A stretch of DNA of 64,000 nucleotides from an uncultured Prevotella sp. (lineage in GTDB: Bacteria > Bacteroidota > Bacteroidia > Bacteroidales > Bacteroidaceae), in contig CAZGAT010000010.1 of assembly GCA_964523825.1 (NCBI GenBank), positions 14,131 through 78,130 of the forward strand, given 5' to 3'. This document shows positions 43,848 to 54,572 of this stretch, one piece after another. The stretch's first letter is position 1, and each line of letters opens with the position of its first letter. The notes beneath the pieces are model-generated. The model was not told where the DNA came from and ran no database searches. It saw only the letters and a list, made by a program, of their open reading frames with translations. Position numbers and translations under genes: made by a program.

Positions 43848-45344
43848 ATGAAAAAGTATTTTGCAGTTGACCTTGGAGCAACGAGCGGGCGTACCATCAT
43901 CGGTACGCTCGACTGCGGGCGCATCACTCTTGAGGAGCTGACGCGTTTCGACAACAACCTTATAGAGACGGGCGGACATGTCTATTGGGACATCTTCGCC
44001 CTCTACAACGAGATAATACGCGGCTTGCGCCTCGTCCACGAGCGCGGCATCAATATCGAGAGCATAGGCATCGACACGTGGGGCTGCGACTTCGTGTTCG
44101 TCGGAGGAGACGGAGCGTTGCTGCGCAACCCCGTGGCATACCGCGATCCGCACACGTTCGGCACCATGGAGCAGTACTTTGCCGAGCAGTTGCCGAAGAA
44201 GAAGGTATACGAGCTTACCGGCATACAGTTCATGAACTTCAATTCGCTGTTCCAACTCTATGCCATGGAAAAGTCGGGCAACACCGCGCTGAAGAACGCC
44301 GACAAGATACTTTTCGTGCCCGACGCCCTCGGCTATATGCTCACCGGCAAGGCTGTCTGCGAGTATACCGTATGCTCAACGAGCCAGATGCTTAATCCGG
44401 TGACCAAGGATATTGCGCCCGAGCTGCTTGAAAGTCTCGGACTACGTCGCGACCAGTTTGGTGCGATGACGAATCCGGCTACCGTTATCGGTTCGCTGAC
44501 GGAAGAAGTCCAGAAACTTACCGGACTTGGAGCCGTGCCGGTCGTCGCCGTTGCCGGTCACGACACGGCATCTGCCGTAGCCGCCGTTCCTGCCAAGAAC
44601 GAGAAGTTCGCATATTTGAGTTCCGGCACGTGGAGCCTCATGGGAATTGAGAGCCGCCAGCCGGTAATCAACGAGCGTTCCTACGATCTTAATTTCACCA
44701 ATGAGGGCGGCATTGAGGGAACGACACGCTTCCTGAAGAACATCTGCGGAATGTGGATTTACGAGTGCTGCCGCCGCGAGTGGAAGAACTCTTGGAAGCC
44801 GGAAATGGGCGACGCGTCTACGGAGCTTTCGCACAAGGTGCTGCAAGCCGATGCCATGAAGCAGCCCGCGTTCCGCAGTCTTATAAATCCTGATGACACA
44901 TCGTTTGCCAATCCGTCTTCTATGATAGAGGCTATACAGGATTATTGCCGCAAGCACGACGAGCCTGTTCCAGAGACACGTGCCGAGCTGTGCCGTTGCA
45001 TCTTCGACTCGCTTGCTCTGCGCTACCGCCAGGTGTTCACGTGGCTGCGCGAGTTTGCCGATTTCGACATCACGACGCTGCACATTATAGGTGGTGGCTC
45101 GCTCAACGCATACCTCAACCAGTTCACTGCCAACTCGTGTGGGGTCACAGTCCTTGCAGGACCGCAGGAAGGTACTGCGATAGGAAACATAATGTTGCAG
45201 GCAAAGGCTGCCGGAGCTGTCGGTGACATTTGGGACATGCGCCGCATCATCGGCGACAGTATAGAGCTTCACCGTTTCGAGCCACAAGATACAGGCGAGT
45301 GGGCTAAGGCGTTTGAGAAATATCTGTCCGTAACGGCAAAGTAA
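43848..45344 (+). CDS. rhaB: Rhamnulokinase (FGGY carbohydrate kinase)
   Basis: 498 aa. MKKYFAVDLGATSGR..., HIIGGGS...; sits directly upstream of rhaA. Confidence 0.9.
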   Translation: MKKYFAVDLGATSGRTIIGTLDCGRITLEELTRFDNNLIETGGHVYWDIFALYNEIIRGLRLVHERGINIESIGIDTWGCDFVFVGGDGALLRNPVAYRDPHTFGTMEQYFAEQLPKKKVYELTGIQFMNFNSLFQLYAMEKSGNTALKNADKILFVPDALGYMLTGKAVCEYTVCSTSQMLNPVTKDIAPELLESLGLRRDQFGAMTNPATVIGSLTEEVQKLTGLGAVPVVAVAGHDTASAVAAVPAKNEKFAYLSSGTWSLMGIESRQPVINERSYDLNFTNEGGIEGTTRFLKNICGMWIYECCRREWKNSWKPEMGDASTELSHKVLQADAMKQPAFRSLINPDDTSFANPSSMIEAIQDYCRKHDEPVPETRAELCRCIFDSLALRYRQVFTWLREFADFDITTLHIIGGGSLNAYLNQFTANSCGVTVLAGPQEGTAIGNIMLQAKAAGAVGDIWDMRRIIGDSIELHRFEPQDTGEWAKAFEKYLSVTAK

Positions 45345-45375
45345 CGATTATAACTTCAAAAACTCATATAAAACT

Positions 45376-46629
45376 ATGAACGCAGAAACAATTAAGAAGA
45401 ATTACGAAGTAGCCAAGGAGCGTTACGCTGCCCTGGGAGTAGACACCGACAAGGCTATAGCCACTCTTGAGAAGACTCCAATCTCGCTGCACTGCTGGCA
45501 GGCAGACGATGTGGTAGGTTTCGAGCGCAATGTAGCCGCAAGTGGCGGTATCATGACTACTGGCAACTTCCCGGGTCGTGCGCGTAATATCGACGAGCTG
45601 CGCCAGGATATAGAAAAGGTACAGTCAATGCTTGCCGGTACGTTCCGCCTGAACCTTCATGAGACATACGGAGATTTCGGCGGCAAGTTCGTCGATCGCG
45701 ATCAGGTAGAACCGAAGCATTTCGAGAGTTGGATGCAGTGGGCTAAGGAACACAACTTGAAGCTTGACTTCAACTCGACAAGTTTCTCCCATCCGAAGAG
45801 CGGCAGCCTCTCGCTCGCAAATCCCGACAAGGGCATACGCGACTTCTGGATTGAGCATACGAAGCGTTGCCGTCGTGTTGCCGACGCTATGGGAAAATAC
45901 CAGGACGATCCGTGTATAATGAACATCTGGGTACACGACGGTTCCAAGGACTATACGGTGGAGAAGTACCGCTACCGCAAGATATTCAAGGAGTCGCTCG
46001 ATGAGATTATGAGCGAGGACCTGCCGAACATGAAGACCTGCCTTGAGGCAAAGCTCTTCGGTATAGGTCTTGAGGCGTTCACCGTAGGTTCGCACGACTT
46101 CGTTGCCGGCTACTGCGCGAAGAACAATATGATGTACACCCTCGATACAGGTCACTACGAGCCGACCGAGGACGTTTCCAACGCTGTATCGTCACTGTTG
46201 CTGTTCGTGCCGGAACTGATGTTGCACGTCAGCCGTCCTATGCACTGGGATTCCGACCACGTGACGCTTTTCGACGACAACACCCGCAACCTGTTCTCCG
46301 AGCTTGTACGTGCCGGACAACTCGACCGCGCCCACATCGGACTCGACTACTTCGACGCGTCAATCGACCGTATCGGCGCATACATCATCGGTACGCGCGC
46401 CACTCAGAAGAGCCTTCTTCAGGCATTCCTCGAGCCACTCGACTTGCTGCGCAAGTATGAGGACAACGGCGACAACTTCCAGCGTCTCGCCATATTGGAG
46501 GAAGAAAAGACACTGCCTTTCGGCGCGGTCTACGACTACTTCAACTTGAAGAACAACGTACCTGTAGGCGAGGAGTATATTGCCGATGTCGAGAAGTACG
46601 AGCAGGAGGTTACTTTCAAGCGCAAGTAA
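45376..46629 (+). CDS. rhaA: L-rhamnose isomerase
   Basis: 417 aa. ..ISLHCWQADDVVGFE.. and ..LDTGHYEPTE.. typical of RhaA. Confidence 0.92.
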   Translation: MNAETIKKNYEVAKERYAALGVDTDKAIATLEKTPISLHCWQADDVVGFERNVAASGGIMTTGNFPGRARNIDELRQDIEKVQSMLAGTFRLNLHETYGDFGGKFVDRDQVEPKHFESWMQWAKEHNLKLDFNSTSFSHPKSGSLSLANPDKGIRDFWIEHTKRCRRVADAMGKYQDDPCIMNIWVHDGSKDYTVEKYRYRKIFKESLDEIMSEDLPNMKTCLEAKLFGIGLEAFTVGSHDFVAGYCAKNNMMYTLDTGHYEPTEDVSNAVSSLLLFVPELMLHVSRPMHWDSDHVTLFDDNTRNLFSELVRAGQLDRAHIGLDYFDASIDRIGAYIIGTRATQKSLLQAFLEPLDLLRKYEDNGDNFQRLAILEEEKTLPFGAVYDYFNLKNNVPVGEEYIADVEKYEQEVTFKRK

Positions 46630-46676
46630 AGCCTGTTTTACGAGCTAAAAGGATTTGTTTTACACGATAAGGCAAT

Positions 46677-47711
46677 ATGGATTTAGTCATAGGATTGATA
46701 ATTATAGCCATAGGAGCGTTCTGCCAGAGCAGCTCCTATGTGCCTATAAACAAGATTAAGGACTGGTCGTGGGAAAGCTACTGGATTGTACAGGGAGTCT
46801 TTGCATGGCTGGTGCTGCCGTTCCTCGGTATGTTGCTTGCGGTGCCGTCGGGTCATTGCTTTACGGAGATGTTCGCCGCCGCGCCGTCGTTCAACATATT
46901 GATGACGGTACTCTTCGGAGTACTTTGGGGTGTCGGCGGACTGACGTTCGGATTGTCCATGCGCTATCTCGGTGTCGCGCTCGGTCAGTCTATAGCCCTT
47001 GGCACGTGTGCCGGTCTGGGAACGATTATGGGTCCCGTTCTCCTCAATATCTTCTTTCCTGAAGAAAACGCCTTGAGCAAGCTGACGTTTGCAGTCATTA
47101 TAGGTGTCGTGGTGACGCTGATAGGAATAGCCATCATTGGCGTTGCTGGCAAGATGAAGGCCGACGCACTATCGGACGAGGCAAAGCAGGAAGCTGTAAA
47201 GGACTTCAATTTTCCCAAGGGCATAGCCATAGCGTTGCTCTCCGGCTTTATGAGTGGTTGCTTCAACGTAGGTTTGGAGTTCGGCAAGGACATAAACTTC
47301 AGCGACCTAACGCCTGATATGTTCAAGACGTTGCCCGCGACGTTCCTCGTTACGCTTGGTGGATTCATCACCAATGCCGCTTATTGCTTCTGGCAGAACC
47401 AGAAGAACAATACGTGGGGCGACTACCGCAAGACTTCGGTATGGGGTAACAACCTAGTGTTCTGCCTCCTTGCCGGCGCGTTGTGGTACAGCCAGTTCTT
47501 CGGATTGTCGCTTGGAAAGGGATTTCTTACTTCGTCGGAGACACTTACCACGCTGTCGTTCTGCATTCTCATGGCACTCAACGTGACGTTCTCCAACGTA
47601 TGGGGCATAATCCTAAAGGAATGGAAAGGTTGCAGCCAGTCTACTATCGTGGTATTGATAGTAGGTATAGCGGTACTCATCGTTTCATGTTTCCTTCCAC
47701 AGTTGATATAA
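46677..47711 (+). CDS. rhaT: L-rhamnose/H+ symporter
   Basis: 344 aa polytopic membrane protein with an RhaT-like N-terminus GLIIIAIGAFCQSSSYVPINKIKDWSWESYW. Confidence 0.9.
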   Translation: MDLVIGLIIIAIGAFCQSSSYVPINKIKDWSWESYWIVQGVFAWLVLPFLGMLLAVPSGHCFTEMFAAAPSFNILMTVLFGVLWGVGGLTFGLSMRYLGVALGQSIALGTCAGLGTIMGPVLLNIFFPEENALSKLTFAVIIGVVVTLIGIAIIGVAGKMKADALSDEAKQEAVKDFNFPKGIAIALLSGFMSGCFNVGLEFGKDINFSDLTPDMFKTLPATFLVTLGGFITNAAYCFWQNQKNNTWGDYRKTSVWGNNLVFCLLAGALWYSQFFGLSLGKGFLTSSETLTTLSFCILMALNVTFSNVWGIILKEWKGCSQSTIVVLIVGIAVLIVSCFLPQLI

Positions 47712-47714
47712 TTC

Positions 47715-47758
47715 AAAAAAGACGCTCCTGTTTTCAAATGAGACGGGAGCGTTTTTTT
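47715..47758 (+). terminator. Rho-independent terminator after rhaT
   Basis: AAAAAAGACGCTCCTG...CGGGAGCGTTTTTTT. Confidence 0.8.
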
Positions 47759-47782
47759 AAAGGCTACGTATGCCTGTTTTTG

Positions 47783-47839
47783 AGTTAGTGGGTAACTCCG
47801 CGGAGTTACCCACTAACTTTTCAGAGTTACCCACTAACT
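47783..47839. repeat. Perfect 36-bp palindrome (18+18, no loop) plus a third copy of the half site 5 nt later
   Basis: AGTTAGTGGGTAACTCCG|CGGAGTTACCCACTAACT at 47783-47818. GAGTTACCCACTAACT occurs again at 47824-47839. Confidence 0.9.
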
Positions 47840-47880
47840 CTATATGCTGCTTATTCATTCATAGCTTGCAATTATCATAT

Positions 47881-48765
47881 TTACTTTTTTACCCTTAGCT
47901 GCATGGGTGTCATTCCGAAATGTTCTTTGACGTATTTGCCAAAGAATGAAGGATTGGCGAATCCAAGCTGGTCGGATATTTGCTTTATTGCCAAATCGGT
48001 CTGCTTCAGGTAGTACCGTATTTCCTCAAGCATGTGCTCGCGTATCCACTCGTTGGCAGTCTTGCCGGAGTTCTTCTTGCATATGACCGACAGGTATTTT
48101 GGCGATATGCATAGTTTCGACGCATACGCCTCGACGGTGTGGGCTTTGGACTGGTCTTTATTGACGAGGTCAAGAAACTGTTGGAACAACGTGTCGCTAT
48201 GTGATTTCTTGTCCTCCTTTTGTCCTTCTGGCAGCATTGTCTTCAACGCGCCGCTGAATCCGAGTATGACTCCGCGCAACAATCCCTGTATCACCTCGGC
48301 ACGATACGGATAATAGTCGTCGGGCGCGTCGATAACCATCTTCAATGTATTGGAAAAGCTGTAAAAGAATTCAATATCGCGTGGATTTAGCGTTACTACG
48401 CGCATCTTGTGAACATACATAATGTTGTTCCAGATATTCATTTTCTCCCGTAGGAAGCTTTGGATTATCCTATTTGTAAGGAACATCGCCTTGAATTCGA
48501 AATCTGGACTGAACATTAAGTCTGTCAGTACCGTATTTGGAGGACATAGCAACAGCTGGTTCTCTCCGACTGTCGTAGTCTGCCCGTTGACGAGCATCTG
48601 CGCCTTTCCGTGTTTGGCAATGGCTATGAGGTTCATATGTATGCGTGTCGGATTTGCTTCCACCAGCTGTTTCACATTATCTATTATGATAATGTCGTCG
48701 TCGGAATAGTTGATGACTATCACCTGTTGTTCTGCAAGTCCCTTTATGGTCATCTCTTGATCCAT
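47881..48765 (-). CDS. AraC-family transcriptional regulator, divergent from the RND efflux operon
   Basis: ORF track 47881..48828. I prefer the start MDQEMTIKGL at 48765, because the upstream 21 codons contain a promoter-like CAAATTTG. C-terminal AraC HTH ..ASKLCISPKYLSVICKK...ISDQLGFANPSFFGKYVKEHFGMTPMQLR. Confidence 0.85.
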   Translation of the reverse strand: MDQEMTIKGLAEQQVIVINYSDDDIIIIDNVKQLVEANPTRIHMNLIAIAKHGKAQMLVNGQTTTVGENQLLLCPPNTVLTDLMFSPDFEFKAMFLTNRIIQSFLREKMNIWNNIMYVHKMRVVTLNPRDIEFFYSFSNTLKMVIDAPDDYYPYRAEVIQGLLRGVILGFSGALKTMLPEGQKEDKKSHSDTLFQQFLDLVNKDQSKAHTVEAYASKLCISPKYLSVICKKNSGKTANEWIREHMLEEIRYYLKQTDLAIKQISDQLGFANPSFFGKYVKEHFGMTPMQLRVKK

Positions 48766-48975
48766 GTTCTTTTTGCCTTTAATGTTCTTTCTTGATTGCA
48801 AATTTGAGAATAAAATGCGATAAAACAATATCCTATAAGGATTTATTTATATTCGGTAATGGAATAAAAAGTAAAAAGTGTGTTTCAAAAGGAGAAATAG
48901 AACATCATATTTTCAGTTTTTATGTTCAATTTTGCATCAGTCAATAATATAGTAAGGACTCGAAAACACATTTCT

Positions 48976-50052
48976 ATGAAGACGAAGATTTTGTTTGGTC
49001 TACTTGCGGCAATGGTATTTTGCGGCTGTAGCAAGAAAGCAGAAACGGTCAAGCTCCAGCCTGTAAAGGTGAAGACGGAAACAGTAGGCTTGAATGGGAC
49101 TGCAAACGGACAGGGATACACTGGAACAGTGGAGGAGATGAACGGGGTCGCATTAAGTTTCTCCGTTGGCGGAACACTCAAGCAACTGCTCGTCGATGAA
49201 GGTCAGATCGTCAGCAAGGGGCAGTTGATAGGTGTCACTGACGGGCGTGATGCAAGCAACACGGTCGAGTTGTCGCGTGCCGCCGTCAGGACTGCGCAGG
49301 CTGCCTACGACCAGGCTGTCGATGCCTATAACCGCATGAAGATGATACACGACCGTGGTTCGTTGCCCGACATAAAGTGGGTTGAGGCACAGAGCAAGGT
49401 TGAGCAGGCACGTTCCGCACTTGAGGGTGCACGTGCGCAAGAGCGAATAGCCAGCAAGGGACTTGGCGACACACGTCTCTATGCCCCGTTCGCTGGCTAT
49501 ATATCACGTAAGGATATGGAGATAGGGCAGACCGTAATACCCGGACAACCAGTCGTAAACCTCGTGAGGATTGACCAGGTGAAGGTAAAGATAAGCGTGC
49601 CTGAAGGCGAGATTTCGGGTCTTGCCAAAGGTTCCATTGTCAATATACGTGTAGATGCGCTTGGTGGTCGTACATATACAGGACGTATCATAGAGAAGAA
49701 CGTCAGTGGCAACACGCTAAGCCACACCTACGAGGTCAAGGCGGCGGTGTCTAATGGCGACCACAAATTGCTGCCAGGTATGATAGCTGAAGTAGTCACC
49801 CATAGCCGCGGTGTGGCTGCCGGCAGCAGGCAGCCAGAGGTGATATTGCTGCCTGCCGGTATCATTCAGCTTAATGACGATAACCGTACGTTCGTATGGA
49901 CGGTCGTTGGTGGCAAGGCGAAAAAGACGTTTGTCACTACTGGCGACAACATAGGCGACCGTGTAGCTATTGTTTATGGACTTCAACCGGGCGACAAGGT
50001 TATCACCAGCGGACAGCAGAAGGTCAGTTCAGGTATGGCGGTAACGGAGTAG
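48976..50052 (+). CDS. RND efflux periplasmic adaptor (MFP/HlyD-type) lipoprotein
   Basis: ORF track starts at 48922. I prefer MKTKILFGLLAAMVFCGCSKK (lipobox). Barrel-sandwich/coiled-coil pattern, ..TRLYAPFAGYIS.. Confidence 0.88.
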   Translation: MKTKILFGLLAAMVFCGCSKKAETVKLQPVKVKTETVGLNGTANGQGYTGTVEEMNGVALSFSVGGTLKQLLVDEGQIVSKGQLIGVTDGRDASNTVELSRAAVRTAQAAYDQAVDAYNRMKMIHDRGSLPDIKWVEAQSKVEQARSALEGARAQERIASKGLGDTRLYAPFAGYISRKDMEIGQTVIPGQPVVNLVRIDQVKVKISVPEGEISGLAKGSIVNIRVDALGGRTYTGRIIEKNVSGNTLSHTYEVKAAVSNGDHKLLPGMIAEVVTHSRGVAAGSRQPEVILLPAGIIQLNDDNRTFVWTVVGGKAKKTFVTTGDNIGDRVAIVYGLQPGDKVITSGQQKVSSGMAVTE

Positions 50053-50098
50053 GTAATACGTATACCTATGATAAAGTAACAAGCAAAAAGTACTAAGT

Positions 50099-53000
50099 AT
50101 GGAGAACAAAAAGCGAAACATCGTCGAGGCTGCCATGCACTACCGGCACATAGTGATACTCATCACATCGTGCCTTATTGCTTTTGGCGTGTATGGGCTG
50201 GCAAAGATGAACAAGAACGAATTTCCCGATTTCACTATACGCCAGGGAGTGGTTGTCGCCGTGTATCCGGGGGCTACTGCTGAAGATGTAGAGGAACAGG
50301 TGACTAAGCCCCTTGAAGACTATATATTCACCTACAAGGAAGTGCGCAAGGAGAAGACAAAGTCGTTCAGCCGTAACGGCATGAGTATCATACAGGTGGA
50401 ACTCAACGACGACCTGGAGGACAAGGACGAGTTTTGGTCTAAGTTCAAGCATGGTATAAACGCTTTCAAATCGTCGCTGCCACGTGGCGTGCTCGCCATA
50501 CAGGTCAATGACGATTTCGGCGATACGTCGGCACTGCTTATCACTATGGAGAGCGACGACAAGACATATCGTGAGATGCACGACTACATGACCGCCATGA
50601 AGGACTCACTACGGAAGATTACGAGCGTAGGGCGAATGAACGTTCTTGGAGAACAGAAAGAACAGATAGCCGTACGTTTTGATGCCGACCGTTTGTCGAA
50701 GTATGGAATTTCCGAGCAGACCGTTGCCGTCAACCTTCTGGGCAAGGGCTTCGAGACTACTGCCGGAACCCGTAAAGGTGACGGCATCGACCAGCCTATA
50801 TATGTCAGCCGTACGCTGAATGCCGTCAACGATATTGAACAGACTATCGTATATTCGTCGCCGTCGGGTGATGTTGTCCGTTTGAAAGATATTGCTACGG
50901 TCAGTAAGGAATTTCAAGAACCGTCGTCGTTCGTTACTAATAACGGACATAAGTGTCTCGTCCTTAGTGTTGAGATGAAGAAAGGTCAGAACATAACCGA
51001 AATGGGTGATGACATAGACAAGAAGCTTGATGCCTTCAAGCAGTCTCTGCCTGCCGATGTCAAGCTGTTCAAGATTACCGATCAGCCACATGTCGTATCG
51101 GCTTCGGTGTGGAATTTCTTGAAGGAGTTGCTCATAGCAATCGTAGCTGTAATCATTGTGGTACTGTTGCTTATGCCTGTACGTGTGGCACTCGTCGCCT
51201 CAAGCACCATACCTATAAGCATCTTCATATCCCTCGGACTTTTCTATGCCTTCGGAATAGAGTTGAATACCGTGACACTTGCCGCGCTCATCGTGACGCT
51301 TGGAATGATAGTCGACAACTCGATAGTGATTATAGACTCATACATGGAGCTTCTTGGCGAGGGCGTACCACGCTGGCAGGCTTCTATACAGAGTGCAAAC
51401 CACTTCTTCCGTTCCATATTGTCGGCAACGCTTGCCATATCGGTGACATTCTTCCCATTCCTTGTAACTATGCATGGCTCCATGGGCGACTTCATAACCC
51501 TTTTCCCGTGGGCAATATCGCTCATACTGTTCGTGTCGTTGCTCGTGGCGGAACTGGTTGTGCCGTTCTTGCAGTTCTACTTCATTCGCAAGCCGATTAA
51601 GGCTAAGAACAGCAGGCTTCGTTCGTTCCTCGACATATTGCAGTCGTCTTACAACTGGCTCATAGACCGCTGTTTCAATCACCCGTACATAACGGTCGGG
51701 GTTGGCGTGGCGAGTGTGATTGTCGGAATAATCATGATCAAGCAGTTGCCACAGAGACTTATGCCTACTGCCGAGCGCAACCAGTTTGCCGTGGAGATAT
51801 ATCTGCCTACCGGCACTTCGTTAAGGCAGACAGCTGCGTTGGCAGACTCCTTGGAAAACATAATCAAGCAAGACGACCGCGTAGTGTCGATAGCATCGTT
51901 CAAGGGAATGGCGTCGCCACGTTTCCAGGCAGGTTATGCACCGCAGTTTGCAGGAACAAACTATGCGCAGTTCATTGTTAATACCAAGGACGACAAGTCT
52001 ACTGTGGCGGTATTGGAGAAGTTCCGTCCGAAATATGAGAATGCGTTTCCAGGGGCGTATATCAAGTTTAAGCAACTGGCGTATGGAACTGACGAGAATC
52101 CAGTTGAGATCCGCCTTGCTGGTGATGACTGGGTACAACTCCGCCACGCAGCCGACTCGCTTACCGAAGTGTTCCGGAAGAATCCCGACTTGAGGCTTGT
52201 ACGCAATAATGTCAACGAGCCGTTGCCGGCCACGCAGATAACCCTCGATCCCGTACTTGCGTCACGCATGGGTATAAGCAACCTTGGTGTCGAAAGTACC
52301 ATGGCCATGCGCTACAACAGTGGCGGAATGGCTGTCGGCACTATATGGGAAGGTGACTATGGCATGAACATCACGCTTAAAGGCACACGTGCCGACAGTG
52401 CGTCGTTGAACGATGTAGCCAACGAGCAGATGCCCGTCTATGGTGGTGTGTCGTCGGTTCCACTGCGTCAGGTGGCTTCCGTAAACTCCGTATGGCATGA
52501 CGGTCAGATTCCACATCGCAATGGTATGCGTTGCATAACGATTATGGCTGAGGTGGCACAAGGACTGAACGCTACGGCAGTTAACACGAGTATACAGGAG
52601 CAGCTTAAGGACGTAAAGCTGCCAAGTGGCGTAAGCCTGTCGTACGGAGGCGAAGTTGAGAGCAATGAGGAGAATATGCCAACCCTCGTAGGCGCGCTGC
52701 TTATAGCGATAGTGATTATCTTCTTCATTCTTCTTGCGCATTTCCGCCGTATAGCTACGGCCGTACTGCTGTTGGTAAGCCTGTCGCTATGTCTATTCGG
52801 AACCGCTATGGGAGTGTGGATAACGGGAGTGGATTTCTCGCTGACGTGTTTCCTCGGCGTAATTTCGCTCATGGGAATACTCGTACGTAACGCGATAATA
52901 ATGTACGACTATGCCGAGGAACTGCGCAACCAGGAGGGCACGGAGTCAGAATCAGGAGTACATCACCCTACTACAAAGGAAGCCATAATGACAAGCGCGA

Positions 53001-53227
53001 AACGGCGTATGCGCCCTATATTCCTCACGTCGGCAGCCGCTTCTATGGGTGTCATCCCAATGATACTCGGAGGCTCAGGGCTGTGGATGCCTATGGGAGC
53101 GGTAATATGTTTTGGAACAATCATAACGATGTTCTTCATCTTAACCATTCTGCCTATCGGCTACTGGCTCGTAATGAGCGGCAGTACGAGGCGCAGGCTT
53201 GCAAGTAATCAAATAGAACAACAATGA
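50099..53227 (+). CDS. RND (AcrB/CzcA-superfamily) inner-membrane efflux permease
   Basis: 1042 aa, 12-TM architecture. N-terminus ..AAMHYRHIVILITSCLIAFGVYGLAKMNKNEFPDFTI.. Confidence 0.93.
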   Translation: MENKKRNIVEAAMHYRHIVILITSCLIAFGVYGLAKMNKNEFPDFTIRQGVVVAVYPGATAEDVEEQVTKPLEDYIFTYKEVRKEKTKSFSRNGMSIIQVELNDDLEDKDEFWSKFKHGINAFKSSLPRGVLAIQVNDDFGDTSALLITMESDDKTYREMHDYMTAMKDSLRKITSVGRMNVLGEQKEQIAVRFDADRLSKYGISEQTVAVNLLGKGFETTAGTRKGDGIDQPIYVSRTLNAVNDIEQTIVYSSPSGDVVRLKDIATVSKEFQEPSSFVTNNGHKCLVLSVEMKKGQNITEMGDDIDKKLDAFKQSLPADVKLFKITDQPHVVSASVWNFLKELLIAIVAVIIVVLLLMPVRVALVASSTIPISIFISLGLFYAFGIELNTVTLAALIVTLGMIVDNSIVIIDSYMELLGEGVPRWQASIQSANHFFRSILSATLAISVTFFPFLVTMHGSMGDFITLFPWAISLILFVSLLVAELVVPFLQFYFIRKPIKAKNSRLRSFLDILQSSYNWLIDRCFNHPYITVGVGVASVIVGIIMIKQLPQRLMPTAERNQFAVEIYLPTGTSLRQTAALADSLENIIKQDDRVVSIASFKGMASPRFQAGYAPQFAGTNYAQFIVNTKDDKSTVAVLEKFRPKYENAFPGAYIKFKQLAYGTDENPVEIRLAGDDWVQLRHAADSLTEVFRKNPDLRLVRNNVNEPLPATQITLDPVLASRMGISNLGVESTMAMRYNSGGMAVGTIWEGDYGMNITLKGTRADSASLNDVANEQMPVYGGVSSVPLRQVASVNSVWHDGQIPHRNGMRCITIMAEVAQGLNATAVNTSIQEQLKDVKLPSGVSLSYGGEVESNEENMPTLVGALLIAIVIIFFILLAHFRRIATAVLLLVSLSLCLFGTAMGVWITGVDFSLTCFLGVISLMGILVRNAIIMYDYAEELRNQEGTESESGVHHPTTKEAIMTSAKRRMRPIFLTSAAASMGVIPMILGGSGLWMPMGAVICFGTIITMFFILTILPIGYWLVMSGSTRRRLASNQIEQQ

Positions 53228-54552
53228 GAAAGCTTATATTGACAATAGCCGGTTGCGCAAGCTGTATGTTTGCGACGGCGCAGGCAACATATTCGTTGGA
53301 ACAAATACTCGACTCCGCACGCAGAAACAATATTGCAATCCGCAACGGACGGCGTGACATCTCTGCTGCGCGTGAGCAACGAAAGGAAGTTTACACAAAG
53401 TATTTCCCGACAGTCAGCGGTACTGGCGTATGGTTCAACTCCGCAAAGTCTCTTGTGTCGGCAGACCTTAATCCGTCCGACATAGTGTCTTCGAGCCTTG
53501 CCAGCCAGTTGCCTGCAGAGGCATTGGCTGCGCTTTCCAATCCTATAAGCATCAGCCTGATAAAGGACGGCGTGCTTGGAGGTATTACCGCCGTGCAACC
53601 TGTTTATGCCGGCGGTCGCATAGTAAACGGCAACCGCCTTGCCAAGGTCGGTGAGGAATCAACACAGCTGCGCCTGCGCCTCTCGGAGAACGAGGTAGAC
53701 AAGAATGCCGAGCAATATTATTGGCAGATAGTGTCGCTGGAGGAGAAGATGAAGACAGTAGAGTCTATGGAAAGGCTCCTTGCCGACATACACAAGGATG
53801 TCGATATTGCGGTGCGTGCCGGGGTGAGGCTACGCAATGACTTGCTTCAAGTGGAACTGCGGCAGAACGATGTTGAGAGTCAGAAGTTGAAGATAAGCAA
53901 TGGCATTTCGCTCGTCAGAATGTTGCTTGCACAGTACTGTGGATTACAGGATACCTCATTTACTGTCAGTTATAGTAGTGAGACGGTCAGCCCGTCGTCG
54001 TTGCGTGAAGACCACGTGCGGGCGTTGCCCCGTACGGCAGAATACCAGTTGCTCGGCAAGCAGGTTGAGGCAGCCGACCTCCAGCGCAAGATAACGCTTG
54101 GAGAAAACCTGCCGTCTGTGGGCATAGGAGTAGGTGCAAGCTATAACAACCTGCTCGACCACAGCCGTACCAATGCCATGGTGTTTGCCACCGTCAGCAT
54201 ACCTATATCCGACTGGTGGGGCGGTACACATGCAGTGCGCCGTAGGAAGATAGAGTACCAAAAGGCGGTTGACGAGCGGCGTGACAAATCAGAACTTCTT
54301 ATTATCAGAATGCAGAACGCGTGGAACGATGTCGTGGAGGCTTACAAGCAACTCGATATAGCCGAGCGCAGTATAGAGCAGTCCACGGAAAACCTGCGAC
54401 TGAACCGTGACTTTTACAAGGCTGGCACTATCACTATGTCAGACCTTTTGGAGGCGCAGATGCTCTATCAGCAGTCTTGCGACAGCCGTACCAACGCATT
54501 TGCCGTCTATCAGAACTGTATACTTGCCTATAAGCAGGCGGTAGGCTTATAA
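53224..54552 (+). CDS. TolC-family outer-membrane efflux channel
   Basis: 442 aa. ATGA overlap with the RND gene. ..YSLEQILDSARRNNIAIRNGRRDISAAREQ.. repeat-type OEP sequence. Confidence 0.9.
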   Translation: MRKLILTIAGCASCMFATAQATYSLEQILDSARRNNIAIRNGRRDISAAREQRKEVYTKYFPTVSGTGVWFNSAKSLVSADLNPSDIVSSSLASQLPAEALAALSNPISISLIKDGVLGGITAVQPVYAGGRIVNGNRLAKVGEESTQLRLRLSENEVDKNAEQYYWQIVSLEEKMKTVESMERLLADIHKDVDIAVRAGVRLRNDLLQVELRQNDVESQKLKISNGISLVRMLLAQYCGLQDTSFTVSYSSETVSPSSLREDHVRALPRTAEYQLLGKQVEAADLQRKITLGENLPSVGIGVGASYNNLLDHSRTNAMVFATVSIPISDWWGGTHAVRRRKIEYQKAVDERRDKSELLIIRMQNAWNDVVEAYKQLDIAERSIEQSTENLRLNRDFYKAGTITMSDLLEAQMLYQQSCDSRTNAFAVYQNCILAYKQAVGL

Positions 54553-54572
54553 CATTAAAATTACCATTGCTT

